From the NCBI GenBank assembly GCA_964016885.1, contig OZ024743.1, positions 177,940,001-178,004,000 of the forward strand: a stretch of DNA of 64,000 bases. Reading direction: 5' to 3'. Position 1 is the stretch's first letter. Each line of letters begins with the position of its first letter. A program made the translations under genes and the position numbers. The notes under the pieces are model-generated. The model ran no database searches. It was given only the letters and a program-made list of their open reading frames with translations, and was not told the DNA's origin. The DNA comes from Eledone cirrhosa. Taxonomy: Eukaryota. Positions 12,317 through 26,298 of this stretch are shown here, one piece after another.

Positions 12317-15300
12317 TTTTTATTTATTGCCACTAGGGCGCAAAAGAAGGGGACAAATACAAGTGGGGAGATAACACAAAAAGGCGAGTAAAGAAAACAA
12401 ATAACAAATATAAAATTAACAATAAAGTCCTGAATGGGGAGGGGGTGTTGGGGGGGGGGGGGGGGGTCGCACACACCCCCGAAAAAAGTGTGCAACCCCT
12501 TCTCCTTAGTAGCACAGAGATAGGGTTCTCCCTCGTTCCTTCCTCTTTTCCACCTACAGGCTGATGTAGAGAGAAGGCCCATTCACACGGGCCATTCTCG
12601 CCACTTTCACCCACCTTTCATAAAAACGACTGGGGTTGAGCATCTCTCTCTCCATCCTGATCCTTCTTCCGAAATGATATCGGAAGAAACGGATCAGTTG
12701 TTGGCCAGAGAGAAAGGTGCCTGACCTGAGTCCTTTCAGACGCGTCCACCATACAACCTCTTTCACCATGGCTATTACGCACAGAAACACCGCCTCTCCT
12801 TCATTTTTGAAGGGGGGAGGCGGCTTAATCGTTATAATGGCCTCGGTTGTCAACCGGATCGGTCCCACCCGTGATAGCAGTCGTTCGACATAGCCCCACA
12901 GATCGGCTACGCCCGAACAGTGTACCAATGCGTGTGCAACGGTTTCCTCGTCGAACACGCATCTGGGACAGATCTTTTTGGCGGGGTCCCTACCCGGGCG
13001 CCCGTGTCTGTAGAGCTTTTCTCGAACGGGTAGAGCCCCTCGGTAGCACGTAGCACTGCCAGGCCAGTGACTTCTGGAAGTTGTCCATAGGTCCCGGGCT
13101 GAATGTCCTACCGAACAGGCTGGCCAGTTCGTCTTCCTCCATGTCTAGGGCTTCTCCGAGGGCGTCGTCGCACCTGCTGCGTACCAGCCATCTATAGAAT
13201 GTCGCGGTGGAGTCTCCACTGATAACCGGGTCTGCCTGCCAGAGAGCCGTGAGCGCCTGGGCAGACTCAGTGTGCCAGGCGCCCAGTTTTCTCGGTCTTT
13301 GCTTGACCCAGGATTGCAGCTCGGTGAGTGAGACGAGTCTGGGAAAGGTTCGTCTCACGGTTGACCGGTGATGAATACGTGGATGTGCCGTAGCCTTAAT
13401 GCGTGTTTACGCATCATTAGCCACGGCATCCCCAGCCCTCCTTTCGAAGGGTGTTGACAGCAGATGGATCTCCTCAACAAAGGAGCCCGCTTCTTCCAAA
13501 GGAATTGGAAGAGTGCGCGCTCCATCTTGGCGAGGGTTTCCCTTTGGCAAGGCACGACGGTCAGGCGGTAGTAGATGACGGACGCGATATAGGTGTTCGC
13601 CACCTCCACCCGACCTTTCAGGGATAGTTTGCAACTGGCCCACTTCTGGGTCAGTGCAAACACCCTCTTCGTAACCTCACCCCAGTTCTTCTCCACCAGA
13701 ACGCCCCGATTTCGGAGGCCGTCGACACCATTACTGTCACGTCATCGGCGTAGGCCGACACCTCTTTCCGCAATCCCGGTTCCCAAGGGGTGCCCTGCAA
13801 CAACTCAAACTTCCGCAGTAGTGGTTCGAGAGTCAATACATACAGAAGGGAGGAGAGAGGGCACCCTTGTCGGATGGATAGCGCGATTTCGAACGGCTCC
13901 GAGAGGTAGCCGTTCACCTTGACTCTAGAACAGATGCGGCTGCTGTGCATAGCAGTGATCCAGACCCTGAAAACGGGTCTGAAGCCTGCCGCTGCTAACA
14001 CCGCATCCAGGTAACCATGGTCGACCCTATCGAACGCCTTAGATTGATCCAAGTTGATCAGGGCACCACCAAAGCCGGATTCTTTCCCAACCCTCTCAAT
14101 GATGTATCGCATGAGATGGAGGTTGTCATGGATGGACCTGGACGGGATAGCACATGTCTGCGCATATCCCACCAGGTTGCCCACGACAAGCGCCAACCTC
14201 TTTGCTAGCACCTTGGCCAAAATCTGTAACTCTATATTTAGTAGAGTTATGGGCCTGAAGTTACTTATTTCGTCCCCCTTGTTCTCGTCCTTCCTCACTA
14301 GCGTGACTACGCCCTTGGTCACAGAACAGGGAATTCTCCCGTTCTGTTGCCAGTTGCAGTAGACCGCCTCGAGAAGATTGGGGAACAGGTCCGGCATAGC
14401 TAGATATAGTTCGTATGGAAGACCATCGAGACCCGGCTATTTGCGTTTGCCGCATTGGTTCAGCACGTCCTCTATCTCAGCGGCTGAAATCGGCTCCTCG
14501 CAGGACTTCGCCTCCTCGTCCGAAAGACGCGGCAGGCCGTCGAGGTATGGACTGAAGTCCACTTCCCCAACCGGCTCCCTGCCCCTTCCGAACAATCGGG
14601 CAAAGTGCCTTTGAAAGGCCTCACACTTCTGCTTAGGTTCAAGGATCGCCCGTCCATCCTGGTCTCGCAAAGACCGGATGGTGGATTTAGTTTCACTCTT
14701 AGCTTCTGTCACGCGGGCCCAGCTAACAGCTTTGGTCCCCTCGTTCCCTAGAGCACGTATTTAACTTTGGACAACACAGCCTTCTTGCTTCGCGTCGAAT
14801 AACTGGCTCAAAGCCTTTCTCGACGCTAGCACTCTAGCCGCGTCGCCGCTTCTAATTGCCTCTTCTACTCTATCTATCAGCTCCCTTTCTTATCCGCAGC
14901 TAGAACCTTACTAAATTCTATCGAGACTAATCTAATCTCTCTCTTTAGAGATACCCACCACCTGCTGTTGACGATCGCTCCAGTCAAGCGCTCCTTAACT
15001 AACGTACTAATCCGGTCCCTGTAAGCTTTACTTGCCGGTAAGGACAAGTTCAGCTTCCAGTAACCGGGACTCTGTCTATGCGTTCTACCAAGGTTGACCA
15101 TGTAGGTCACCAACTTGTGGTCTGAATAGCCAACCATGAGCATTTCTGGACAACTTAAAATGTCCCTGTCCTTATTTCTAACTAAGAACCTATCTAGGTA
15201 CGATCTAGATTGACCGCTGAGATTTGTCCAAGACCAGGTTGGCACCGTCGGAAAATCTAGTCGAAATCTATCGGCCAGGTCAAATCGGCCGAGTAACCCC

Positions 15301-17121
15301 TTGAGGCTCTTGCACCCCTCTCTATCGGGACATGCCCCTGCATAGTCCCAACGTGTATCCAGGATACCATTCCAGTCCCCCACTAAAAGACTCCAGACGC
15401 TGGAAGAAGTCGGGCCGCTCTGTCCCAAAAGGGGCATATACGGCTACCAGCCTAAAGGCTCCACCTTCACCACTGCCAAGGTCCAGCACTACCAGTCGAC
15501 CCGCTGGGTCCAAATGAACTATGTGTGGCGAGACCCAGATGTTTTTGCAGCAAAACGACAACCCCACCGTCACCTCCGGGCTGACAGAGAGATGCGTGCA
15601 TTTCAAAGTCATCAAAGGTGGGGGCTAGCTGTCGCACGCTGCTGATCCGGGCCTCTCATTTAGAAGCATTGCTTGCTTCCAAGGTGAGCACAGGCCACGC
15701 GCATTTAGACACCCTACTCTCAGCACAGCCATGTTGGTGGTAAGGAGAAAAGGCACTTACCTCTCTGCGTCCCGGGGAGCGGGCCGCTCAATTTCCATGA
15801 GGGTTGGGGATGGGTTGTTGGGTGGGGTGGTGGTTTGTGGAAGTGTAGGGGCATCAGTGTGTTGTGGGTTTGGGGTGTTTGTAGTTGAGTGGTGTCTGGG
15901 TAGAGGGGTGGGGAAATATTTTAGGACGCGATTGATTGGCTTGGTGCAGAGTGGGGGGGGGGGACACGTCCTCCGTGAAATTTATTTTCAACGTTTTGTA
16001 TAAGTTCATTGGGACTTTAATCATTTGTAAATGAGGTAGTCCCACAGCAGTTAGAAAGTTAGGCCCTTCAGTTTGGACCGAAGGGTTTGACGAAATTGTG
16101 TTCATTAGTTCTTTGTTCATGTATGTATATTGTAAAGTCTTTTTTTGCGTTGCAGTTAGTGATGCGTGACGGGGAGGGGAGGTTTGTATATAGTTTGTTT
16201 TCTCTTGGGAAGGGTTTATGTTAATAAGTGTGTCTGTGGTGCGCCTCCTCTTCTTTCTTTTTACTATTTGAAAGGGGTTCGTCTTCCATATTGGGTGGGA
16301 GGGGTATATTTTCTAGTAGTGTTTGCGGTGTGTGTGTTTTTGTATTTGTTTTGGGTGGGGAGGGGTTGGGTGGGACAGTGTTCTGTGTTGTTTTTTCACG
16401 TGTTTGTTGTTGTTGTGGTGGTAGTGTTGTTGGTTTCTCTTGTTGTTGTTGTGGTTGTTTTTGTTGTTGGGGTGGTGGTGGTGTTGGTTGTTTTTGATGT
16501 TGTTGTTGGGGTGTTGGTAGCAATGGTTTTTTTCGGTGTGAGCTGGGGACAGGCAGCCCTCAGGTGACCTCTGTTGCCACAGAGGTAACAGGAGGGACGC
16601 CTACCTTCCATAATAATGTTGAGGTGGGTACGGTCATCCAGCATGACGCGTTCAGTATCCGAGAGACTTGTAGTCACAGCTTCTACTTCTCTTTCACCTT
16701 TGCTGGTGGGCGTGGCACCGTGAAAAGTCGAAACGGCATCCATTAATGTTGGCAATTTCTCCGAGTCAATTTTTTTCATTGGGTTTAGGCTCCTTTTTTT
16801 TCAATGTTTCTAATAATCATTATTCTTTCAGTAGTGAGGCTTGTTGCCTCCGCTATCCGCTCGCCTTCAGTTTGTTTAGTGGGCGTGTCATCGTTACCTG
16901 TGGTAATGGCTTCCATTACCACTAGCGTAGAGACAATCACAAGATTTTTACGATGAAAAATTTCACCCCAAAAGGGGTGAAATAAATTAACCCTAATGTC
17001 CGAAGACCCAGGCAAGGGGGTTAATTAACACAATAACGGAAGAATACAGACAAACACTTACTGTTAACACGTAATATCTCCAATACTCGAGGAGCCGATG
17101 TGAAGAACGTCTATACTATCC
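12317..17121 (-). mobile_element. L1/Tx1-like LINE copy B (near full-length, frameshifted)
   Basis: ORF1 remnant with CYLCGNRGHLRAAC knuckle. ORF2 from ATG about 15732: APE (LLVGDWN, SYLDRFLV, YSDHK), RT (FRPITLLN, QGCPLS, YADD), C-terminal zinc finger. Confidence 0.9.
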
Positions 17122-17131
17122 GGAGATAGAT

Positions 17132-20100
17132 AAAAAGTTTCTTTATTTGCCACAAGGGCGCAAAAAGATGGGGACAAATACATAAATATAGTGGGGAGTT
17201 TACCTACAGGCGTGTAAAGAAAAAACAATTAATAACAATAATATTAAATTTAACAATCGAAATCCCCAATAGGGGGGAGGCGTTACACATGTGTTGTACA
17301 CAACCCGAAAAAATGTACAACCCTCATCTCCAGGAGCACCAAGAGTGAACGTTCCTTTCCTCTCTTCCTCTTTTTCCTCAACCTACAGGTTTATATAAAA
17401 AGAAGGCCCAACCACTCGGGCCATCCTTTCCACATTCACCCACCGTAAAATTTGCTGGGGTGCAGCACTTCTCTCTCCACTCTGATTCTTCTTCAAAAGT
17501 GATATTTGAAGAAGCGAACCAGTTGTTGGCCGGAGAGAAAGGTGTCTGACCTCAGCGCTTTTAACCTCGTCCACCATACAACCTCTTTCGCCATAGCTAT
17601 CATGCAAAGGAAAACCGCCTCTCCTTCGTTTTTGAAGGAGGGTGGCGGTTTGATGATGACAATGGACTCAGTGGTCAACTTGATTGGTCCCACCCGCGAC
17701 AATAGTCGTTCTACATAGCCCCACAGGTCGGTAACGCCCGGGCAGTATATGAATGCGTGTGCGACAATTTCTTCGTCTCGCACGCATCTCGGCCAGATCT
17801 TTTTCGAAGGGTCCCTTCCCGGACGCCCATATCTGTAGAGCTTGTCTCGAACTGGTAGAGCTCCTCAGTAGCACTGCCAGGCCAGGGACTTTTGGAAGTT
17901 GTCCATCGCTCCCAGGCGGAGGGTCCAACCGAACAGACTGGACAGTTCATCTTCCTCCACCCCTAGCGTTTCTCCGAGCGCGTCGTCGCACTTGCTGCGG
18001 ATCAATCCTCTATAGAATGACGAAGTGGAGTCTCCACTATTCACCGGCCCACCTGCCAGAGGGCTGTGAGCGCCTGAGCACATTCGATGTGCCAGTCGCC
18101 CATTTTCCTCGGTCTTTGCTTGACCCAGGACTGCAGCTCGGTCAGCGAGACGAGTCGTGGGAAGGCTCGCCTCACGAACGGGGCGCACACCGATTGTCCA
18201 GTGAGGAATACGTAGAGCTGCCGCAGCGTGAGCGCGTGTTTGCGCATCGTCAGCCATGGCATCCCCAGCCCTCCGTTGGAAAGGTGTTGGCAGCAGATGG
18301 ATCTTCTCACCAAAGGAGCCCGCTTCTTCCAAAGGACTTGGAAGAGCGCGCGCTCCATTTTGGTGAGCGTTTTGGTTGGACAAGGCACGATGGTCAAGCG
18401 GTAGTAGATGACGGACGCTATGTGTTCGCCACCTCCACTCGACCTTTCAAGGATAGTTTGCACTCGACCCACTTCTGGGTGAGTGTAAACACCTTGGCCG
18501 TCACCTCGTTCCAGTTCTTATCCACCTGGAGGTCCGGACCAAACCAGACCCCGAGTAGCTTCACCGGTGCTTCCGTCCAACGTCCGAGTTGCAAACCGAT
18601 GCACTTGTCATGGTTCAGCTTGGCTCCTGTGAACCTTTCGTATTCCTTCAGTAAGGTGCCGACTTCCTCGATTTCCGATGTGTGCGACACCATTACTGTC
18701 ACGTCGTCGGCGTAGGCCGACGCCGCTTTCCACAGTCCCGGTTCTTGAGGGATTCTCTGCAATAGCTCCAACTTCCGCAGTAGTGGCTCGAGAGTCAGTA
18801 CGTACAGGGAGGAGAGAGGGCATCCCTGTCGGATGGATCGCGTGATATGGAACGGCTCCGAGAGGTAGCCGTTCACCTTGACCCTTGATCAGATGTTGCT
18901 GTTGTGCATTGCAGCAATCCAGCCCCTGAACACGGGTCCGAATCCTGCCGCGTCGAGCACCGTATCCAGGTAACGATGGTCAATCCTAGCGAAAGCCTTA
19001 GACTGATCCAAGTTGATCAGGGCCTCACCGAAGCCGCGTTTACACCCTACCCTCTCTACCATGGATCGCATGAGGTGGAGGTTGTCGTGTATGGACCTGG
19101 TCGGGATTGCGCATGTCTGCGCTTATCCCACCAGGTTTTCGATGACAAGCGCCAGCCTCTTTGCCAACACCTTGGCCAAAATCTGTAACTCTGTGTTTAT
19201 CAGAGTTATGGGCCGGAAGTTGCCTATGTCATTCCCCTTATTCTCGTCCTTCCTGACTAGTGTGACTACGCCACTGGTCACAGAACTAGGAATTGCTGGT
19301 TCTGCTGCCATTTGCAGTAGACCGCTTCCAGGGGACCGGAGGACAAGTCCGGCACTGCTACGTAAAATTCGTAGGGTAGACCGTCGAGACCTGGAGATTT
19401 GCGTTTGCTGCATTTGGCTCAGCACGTCCCCTATCTCAGCGGCTGAAATCGGCCTTTCGCAGAACTTCGCCTCGCTGTCCGAGAGTCGCGGTAGGCCGTC
19501 GAGGTATGGACCGAAATCCATAGCCCTTCCCGACGCGCCGCCCTGTCCGAATAGCTCTGCAAAGTGCCGCTGATAGGCCGCGCACATCTGCTTCCGCTCA
19601 CGTATCACGCGTCTTTCTTGGTTCTTCAAAGACCGAATCGTGAACTTGTTGCCACTTTTCGCCTCCGTCACCCGGGCCCAGCTAACAGCATTGGCTCCCT
19701 CGTTACTCAGAGCACGTATTTTGCTTCTGACAACGCAGCCCTCGTGCTTTGCGTCGAAGAACTGGTCCAAGGCCGTTCTCGTTGCTAGCACGCTGGCTAC
19801 GTTGCCACTTCTAATTGCCTCTTCTACTTTATCTACCAGTTCCTTCTCAGTCCTATTTCTATCTAACGCTAATTCTTTACTAAAAACTAACGAGTCTAAT
19901 CTAACTTCCTGCTTGAGAGAGTACCACCATCTGTTGTTGACAATGGCCCCTGTCAAGTGCTGTTTAACTAAAGTTCTAATCCGCTTACTGTAAGCTTTGT
20001 TTGTCGGTAAGGACAAGTTTAGCTTCCAGTAACCGGGTCCTTGTCTATGGGTTCTATCAAGGTTGATCACTCCGGTCACCAACTTGTGATCCGAATAGTC

Positions 20101-23100
20101 AAACATGAACATTCGTGGACAGCTTAATATGTCCCTATCCTTGTTTCTAACTAGGAACCTATCTAGGTACGACCTAGATGTTGCGCTACGATTAGTCCAC
20201 GTCCACAGTGGCACAGTCGGAAAATCTAGTCGATATCTATCGGCCAGATCAAATCGGCTGATTAACCGTTTGAAGCTGTTACACCCCCTCTATCGGGACA
20301 TGCCCCTACATAGTCTCAACGTGCATCCAGGATATAATTCCAGTCCCCCACTAAAAGCAAGGAGCGGGATGTTCCCAGAAAAGTCTCTAGGCGCTGGAAG
20401 AAGTCCGGTCGCGGTGTACCAGATGGGGCATATGCTGCCACCAGCCTGAAGGGTCCATCTTCGCTACTGCCGACTTCTAGAACCACCAGTCGACCCTCCG
20501 GGTCCAGGTGTACCTTCCGTGTTGCGAGGCCAAGGTGTTTTCGCAGCAGAACGACCACCCCGCTCTACCCCACCCCCGGCTGACAGAGAGATGCATAGAA
20601 CTCAAAGTCGTCGAAGATGGGGGCCAGTTGGTGCTCGCTGCTGATCCTGGACTCACAAATAGCTATTACATCCATTCTGTGCGACCTGAAGTCATTTAAG
20701 AGTTTGCCCTGCTTCCAGGACATCTCCAGGCCGCGCACATTTAAACATCCAACTTTTATAACAGCCATGTTGGTGGTGAAGAGTTAAAGTGGAGAAAAAG
20801 GAAAAGACACCTATCTGTCCCTCTCCTGGGGACCAGGTTGCACACTCTCCATGGGGGTGTCAGACGGGTTGTTTGTTGGGGGGATGTGGGGTACATAAGT
20901 GTGTGGTGGGCTGGGGGTGTTTGGTGGGGGAGCGGTGTCTGGGTGGTGGTGGGGAAACATTTCAAAAGGACGCGATTGATGGGTCTAGTACAGGAGTTCC
21001 CCACGTCCTCGGAGAAGTTCTGTTTGAGCATTGCGTAGGTGTCCCTTGGGACCCTAATCATTTTTAAATGCGGTTTAGTCGCCGCGTTGGTGAACATTTT
21101 CCCTTCAGTTTCCACCGAAGTGTCTTTGTCTATCGTTTGTATAAGTGTTTTGTTGTTTGTGTTGATGTATGTATATGTTTTTGTTGTATTGTGTTTCTTT
21201 GTTGTTCTTGTGTGTGTTTGCGTTTTGTAGTATGTATTATGTTTTCAGGAGGGGTGGGTTTTTTTGTTTGTGATGTTTGTTCTGTTTGAGCTGGTGGTTG
21301 TGTGTCTGTTGCATTTTTGTTAATGTGGTGCTTTCTTTTCTTTATGTTTACTGGTTGAAAGGGTTCTCCCTCGCCGTCACTGGGTGACGTTGATAAGGGG
21401 TCCTCGTCCGTGTTGTTGGGGAGGGGTATATTTTGGGGTTTTGTTGTGGTTGCGGGTGCTTTTGTGTTTGTTTTAGGTGGGGAAGGATTGGGTGGGACGG
21501 TGTCTTGTGTTGTTATTTGTTCGTGTTGTTGTGGTTGTGGTGGTGGTGGTGGTGGTGGTTGTGTCGTTGATGTATGTGGGGTGGGCAGGGGCGTCTTTTT
21601 TTTGGGGGGGGGGGGGCATTTAAAAGGGGACAGGAAGTCCTCAGGTGACCACTTCTTGAACAGTGGTAGCCTGAAGGCCGCCTGTCCCCGACAGAAATGT
21701 TTATGAAGGCAACTCCATCCAGGGACACCCGCTGCGGTATTCTTGCTATCCATTCTGGTCTCATTTGGACCAGAACTTCAAGGCTATGGCCGCCGAATAC
21801 GCCCCCGAGAGGATTGCGTCCTCATCGTCTAAGAATCCGTTAGCACCCACCAAATGTCCTCATGTCCGAGATTCTTATCCTTTGAGTTCTTTTCCCCAAA
21901 TATGTAGGGAAAAAGGTGTATGATTTGGATACAATTGGCGACACAGAGTATTTCCGTGCCACCAATTGATCTTTCATTAGCACAGATATGCCTCCATAGA
22001 GTTTCCCTTTCTGTATGAAAGCGATATCTTTCCAGGCACTACTTAGGACCAGCTCATTTTCGCTTTGGGATAATTGAGCCGGTTTCCTAGTTGCGTTGGA
22101 AATTGTTTTAAAAATTAAAGTTCTGAGGACTGTGTCTTTTCTAATTTCTTCGGGGGAGGTAATTGTGAATTCCCCACCTTTCCCAAAAGTTACACAATTT
22201 CTTGCGTCCTTCAGCAACTCCCTGGCATTCGAGATGTCCAGTGCCTTGTAAGTTTGTGTCTCTCGGACCGCCTGTGCGAAAGAGATTCCAGTTGTGGGTC
22301 CGCTCTCTTTCGTGCTGTTGTTGTTATCATTATTGTTCTTATTGTTGTTGTTGTTTTTGTTGTCACTGATGTTGATATTGTTCGTATTTTCCTTGGTGTT
22401 GGTGTTGTTGTAGTCTTTGATGCTGGTATTATTGGTGTTGTCTTTATTTTTTCTTTGTTGTTGTTGTCATTGTTGTTTTTATCATCATTATTGGTGTTGT
22501 TGTTGTTATTTTTGTTGTCATTGTACTGTTTGGTGTCATTTGTGTCGTTTGGATTTGAATTTGTTTTTACAATTTGATTTCGTCCTTCCATTTCATGTAT
22601 GTATGTTAATAGGTTTAATTTTTGTGTTTTCATGTGAGTTAGTGTTATTTTTCTCCGCTTCGACGGTAGAAATTGTACAATTTTCGAGTGCTAACATTTT
22701 TTCCTCTTTGTTGACAGTCGTATCTATGGCAACACCCATAGTAGCAGAAGCAGATATAACGTTAATATCTGCTTCTTTCTCTCTCTTTTCTCTATTGACA
22801 TTCTCCAGCGTTCTTGTGTTGTTCAAGTATAGTTGATATAAGTTGTAACTATGAAAGACTGGTATTTAACTAATGTATTGGTACGCGATGGGGCCCACCC
22901 ACAGCCCCGGCGGACAGAATGGAGAAGGCGCTTCCCCGGTGGACGGCAAGGGAGACGCGCTGGAAAAGCCACTCCAACTCGCGGGGCTCACACCTGCGGC
23001 TGGCCAGCTCAGCGCCTATTGTGGTGAGTAAGGAGGTAGCCCTGGGGCCGAGGACACCAGAAATTTCCACTGCCAAGGGAACGACCGCAAACCTGTCGGA

Positions 23101-26100
23101 GAGCGACCGGTATTTGAGGAGTTTGGCCCCCTCAGCCCGACGTGCTGCAGAACCTGGGTCAGTCGCAGACTTCACCAGGTTGCTGCTGCGGAAAGTCTCG
23201 GTGCAAGTTGCATCCCGGACGAGGGGTTTGCCACCGCGGAACGAGAAGATGGTCATGCCATCTGGCCTTTTGCCGACCCCTCGATCCAGCCCCACTGGCT
23301 AGAGCTGGGAAGGGAAGCCTGCAGCGTCCAAGCCATGCTTAATGACTTCGCTAAGGGCAGCATGGCGTGGAATGCGGCCGGCACTGTGGCGACAGGAAAG
23401 CGGGTGGAGGACGAAAGAGTCCACGGTGGAACCGCAGCGACATTGGTGTGGCTGGCAGATCCGGAGGACGAGCCTCAGGGAAACGCCGATTCGCAGGCTA
23501 TGGTTGTCTAGCTGCGTGCCAGTGGAGAAGGAGGGCAGAGCATGGAGCCAGGCACCACTGTGGGGTTTGGAGGCCGCATGAAAACAAGCAAGGCGGTGCC
23601 GGTTGAGCTGGCGCGTGAGCCTGTCTGAGGCCAGGCTGCATTGGATGGCATCCCAAGTGCGTTGGGGTGGACTTGACGTCAACAGGGGAAGAAGGAGGAG
23701 GGACGTATACTGGGCTAATCCCAGCCGGCCCCACGTCTCACAGGCGGCCTCACGTTCTCTGAACACAGAGAGTTCTGTTGTGTTTTGAAGAACCCTGCTG
23801 ACGAGGACGCGACAAGAGGTTACCGACGAAAGATACGCCGGCAAATCTAGTGAGATCAGGGACCGGAGGCCTAGGCCGCCATACCTGACCGGTAAAGTGG
23901 CCTGTTGCCACCCTATGTCGTCAAACTTGACGTTGCATATCCCCTCGGCTGCTGCTCGGATACAAGTATCGAGGCCAGCGAGGAGAGATGTCTAGGTGTA
24001 GCATGGAGCACTGCGGAGTGTATAGAGGAACTTCGGCATGGCGAAGCAATTCCTCAGCAGAAAGAGAGCTGGGTGGCGGTCAATGAATCCCAGTCGGCTC
24101 GTGTGAGTCTGGAGCTGTTGAAGCCTGGAATTGATGGTGGAGCGGATGGCCGGCGGGTAGATCGGTGACCCGAGGATGAGGACATCCTCTTTGGGAGTCA
24201 CCTGAACCTAGCGGAGAATGGACCGCACGTCCAGGACGGAGGCCGCAAAGCTCGCAGCATCGAAGCTGACGTTCACCATCTCCGACTTGGCCGAGTTGAC
24301 CTGGAGGCCTATTCCCGCCAGGGCAGGAATCACCGATTGAAGGTCTTGGCAGACCGTCCGTACGGGCCCGCCCAACGTAGCATCATCCAGATACCAAATG
24401 TTGAGAGGGGCCGTGATACTCCGGGCGATGTGATCAATACCAAGGGCGAACAGGAGGGGTCCCAAAGGGTCGCCCTGTTGGACCCCAGTAGCCGAGGGTA
24501 TGACAGTATCAGCAGCTAGGAGCATGCTCTGGGCTCCATAGACAGGTAGGCCAGCGGGTAGGCAGATGGGGCTCAGTTGAGGCAGGCCTTGTGCAGATGA
24601 TCCCGGCGTAAAGTTAAAGGCATTCCTCATGTCAAGCTTGGCAATCAGGTGCCTGGAGTCCCTGGATGCCGGTACCGTTGGGCAGCTGCTGAAGAACTGC
24701 CTGATTGCATGAGAGGCTCCCTCACAACCACCGGACACGCCGACACCCAGTTGCACCTGACTAAACTCCTCACCCAGTTCGTGTGTGACTGACTTGCAGA
24801 TCACCTTGAGGATCACCCCGGAAGACATTGCCCACAGCAATGGGGCGTATGCCACCCTCTTTCTTCCTGAGAGCGGTGAGGCTGGCCGAAAAAAAAGGCC
24901 TCGGGCGTAAGGGTCGAGGGCACTATGAATGAGCCTATTGGTGAGCGCCACAATTGCACTCAGAAGGCGGAGCCCGGCCTCAACGGAGAGGGGGATGTCA
25001 ACTCCTTGGGTGGCCTGGTCGTTGACCATCAACCCCTCCGCAGCTGCTAGCTGGGAAGGACCTAATTGCGGATATAATATCTGCATCAGTAGCCACAAGG
25101 AGCAGGTGGGGGTCGGGTCGGAGTATGGGTCTGAGATCAGTGGGTGGCTCAGGGTGTTTGAGCCGCAGAGCAGCCAGGATCTCCTCGGTGGGTTGGAGGA
25201 CGGTGTCCTCTGAGGCAACAACTCTGACTGCGGCCGAGACATCACCCATCATAAACTTTGCGTTTACCTTGTCATGCAAACGCTTGGCGATGGCCTCGGG
25301 GGTGGAGGATAGGGGGTACCTCGGGGTGGGGTGTGTGGCGTCCCTGGGCACGCTTGTAATGGGCGCTCGCCCAAATGACGAGACATTGGCCTTGACGAAG
25401 GCTGCTGTTGACCGGCCGCCCCGGTCAGCGCCAGAGCTGAGGAGGCCGAGGGCGAGTGGGGCGAAATAGAACAGCCGTTCCCAGTCACTGGCTCGATTGG
25501 AGTCCAGGGCGTTCTCAATCGAGGAAGCGAGGGCATCGTCTACCGGCACCCGTCCTCCTCTCGGGATCCTGAGTGCGATTTTCCGGAGCCGCCTGAGCCG
25601 AACGATGTTGACCAGTGAGGCTCGGGCGTCAGGCAAGCTCGCTGTCCCATCTGGTGTGCCAGACGGCCGTGGCTGGGAAGACGTGGGGAAGAGGCAGCTC
25701 CTGCGCCTCCACGCTGCGAGGGCACTGGAAGCTCGACGAGTCAAGCCAACGCAGGTGAGGTGGTGGAAGCAGCCGCACCCCAAATAGTTCCGGTCCCTCT
25801 TCCGTTTGTTAGTGGTGCCGCAAGTGCTGCAGGTGTCGATTTGGAGGGGTGGGGGTTGGGGCGTGGGGCCGGGGAGTGGGGAACCGAGCGGCATCAAGGG
25901 TGGGTGGCTGGTATGTGTGGGTGGAAGGAAAAGTGCTGGTAAGAGGGCAGCATAGTTCACCTATATATATATGGAGGTGCCAGAAACGAGAGCGAAAAGG
26001 AGCTGCATGGAGGGGGATACACAGGAAGGTTGAATGGCAGTAAATGAATGAGTGAATGGAAGGATGTTGTTCAAGTTATAGTTGGCAAAATTTGATATTT

Positions 26101-26283
26101 TAAAACAATTTTTAAAATAAAACTTTCGTCCCTGAAGGGGCGAAAAATGGGATTACCACTCATCTGACAATTTAGTTTGGGGGTTAATCTACAAAATAAT
26201 ATGTTTTTCAAACAGTTTGGTCTGTTTTTCGTATATAAATTTACAAAAATCCTACCGGCGATGTTTCCCGCGTCAGGCAGAAA
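17132..26283 (-). mobile_element. L1/Tx1-like LINE copy C (full-length, interrupted by a CRE-like element at 22836-26064)
   Basis: ORF2 ATG at 20768 (GCLNVRGL); APE, RT and zinc-finger motifs in several frames; ORF1 remnants 20756-22830; 5' leader 26085-26283. Confidence 0.9.
22836..26064 (-). mobile_element. CRE-clade-like non-LTR retrotransposon (RT + C-terminal RLE), decayed
   Basis: N-terminal Cys/His cluster CSTC..CGCFHHLTC; RT KLDMRNAFN, GVQQGDPLGPLLF, WYLDD; CRC..HPLSC; RLE GKRPDG..DATC. TSD tgttgttcaagt(t)atagttg at 22817-22835 / 26065-26084. Confidence 0.8.
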
Positions 26284-26298
26284 GATAGATAGATAGAT

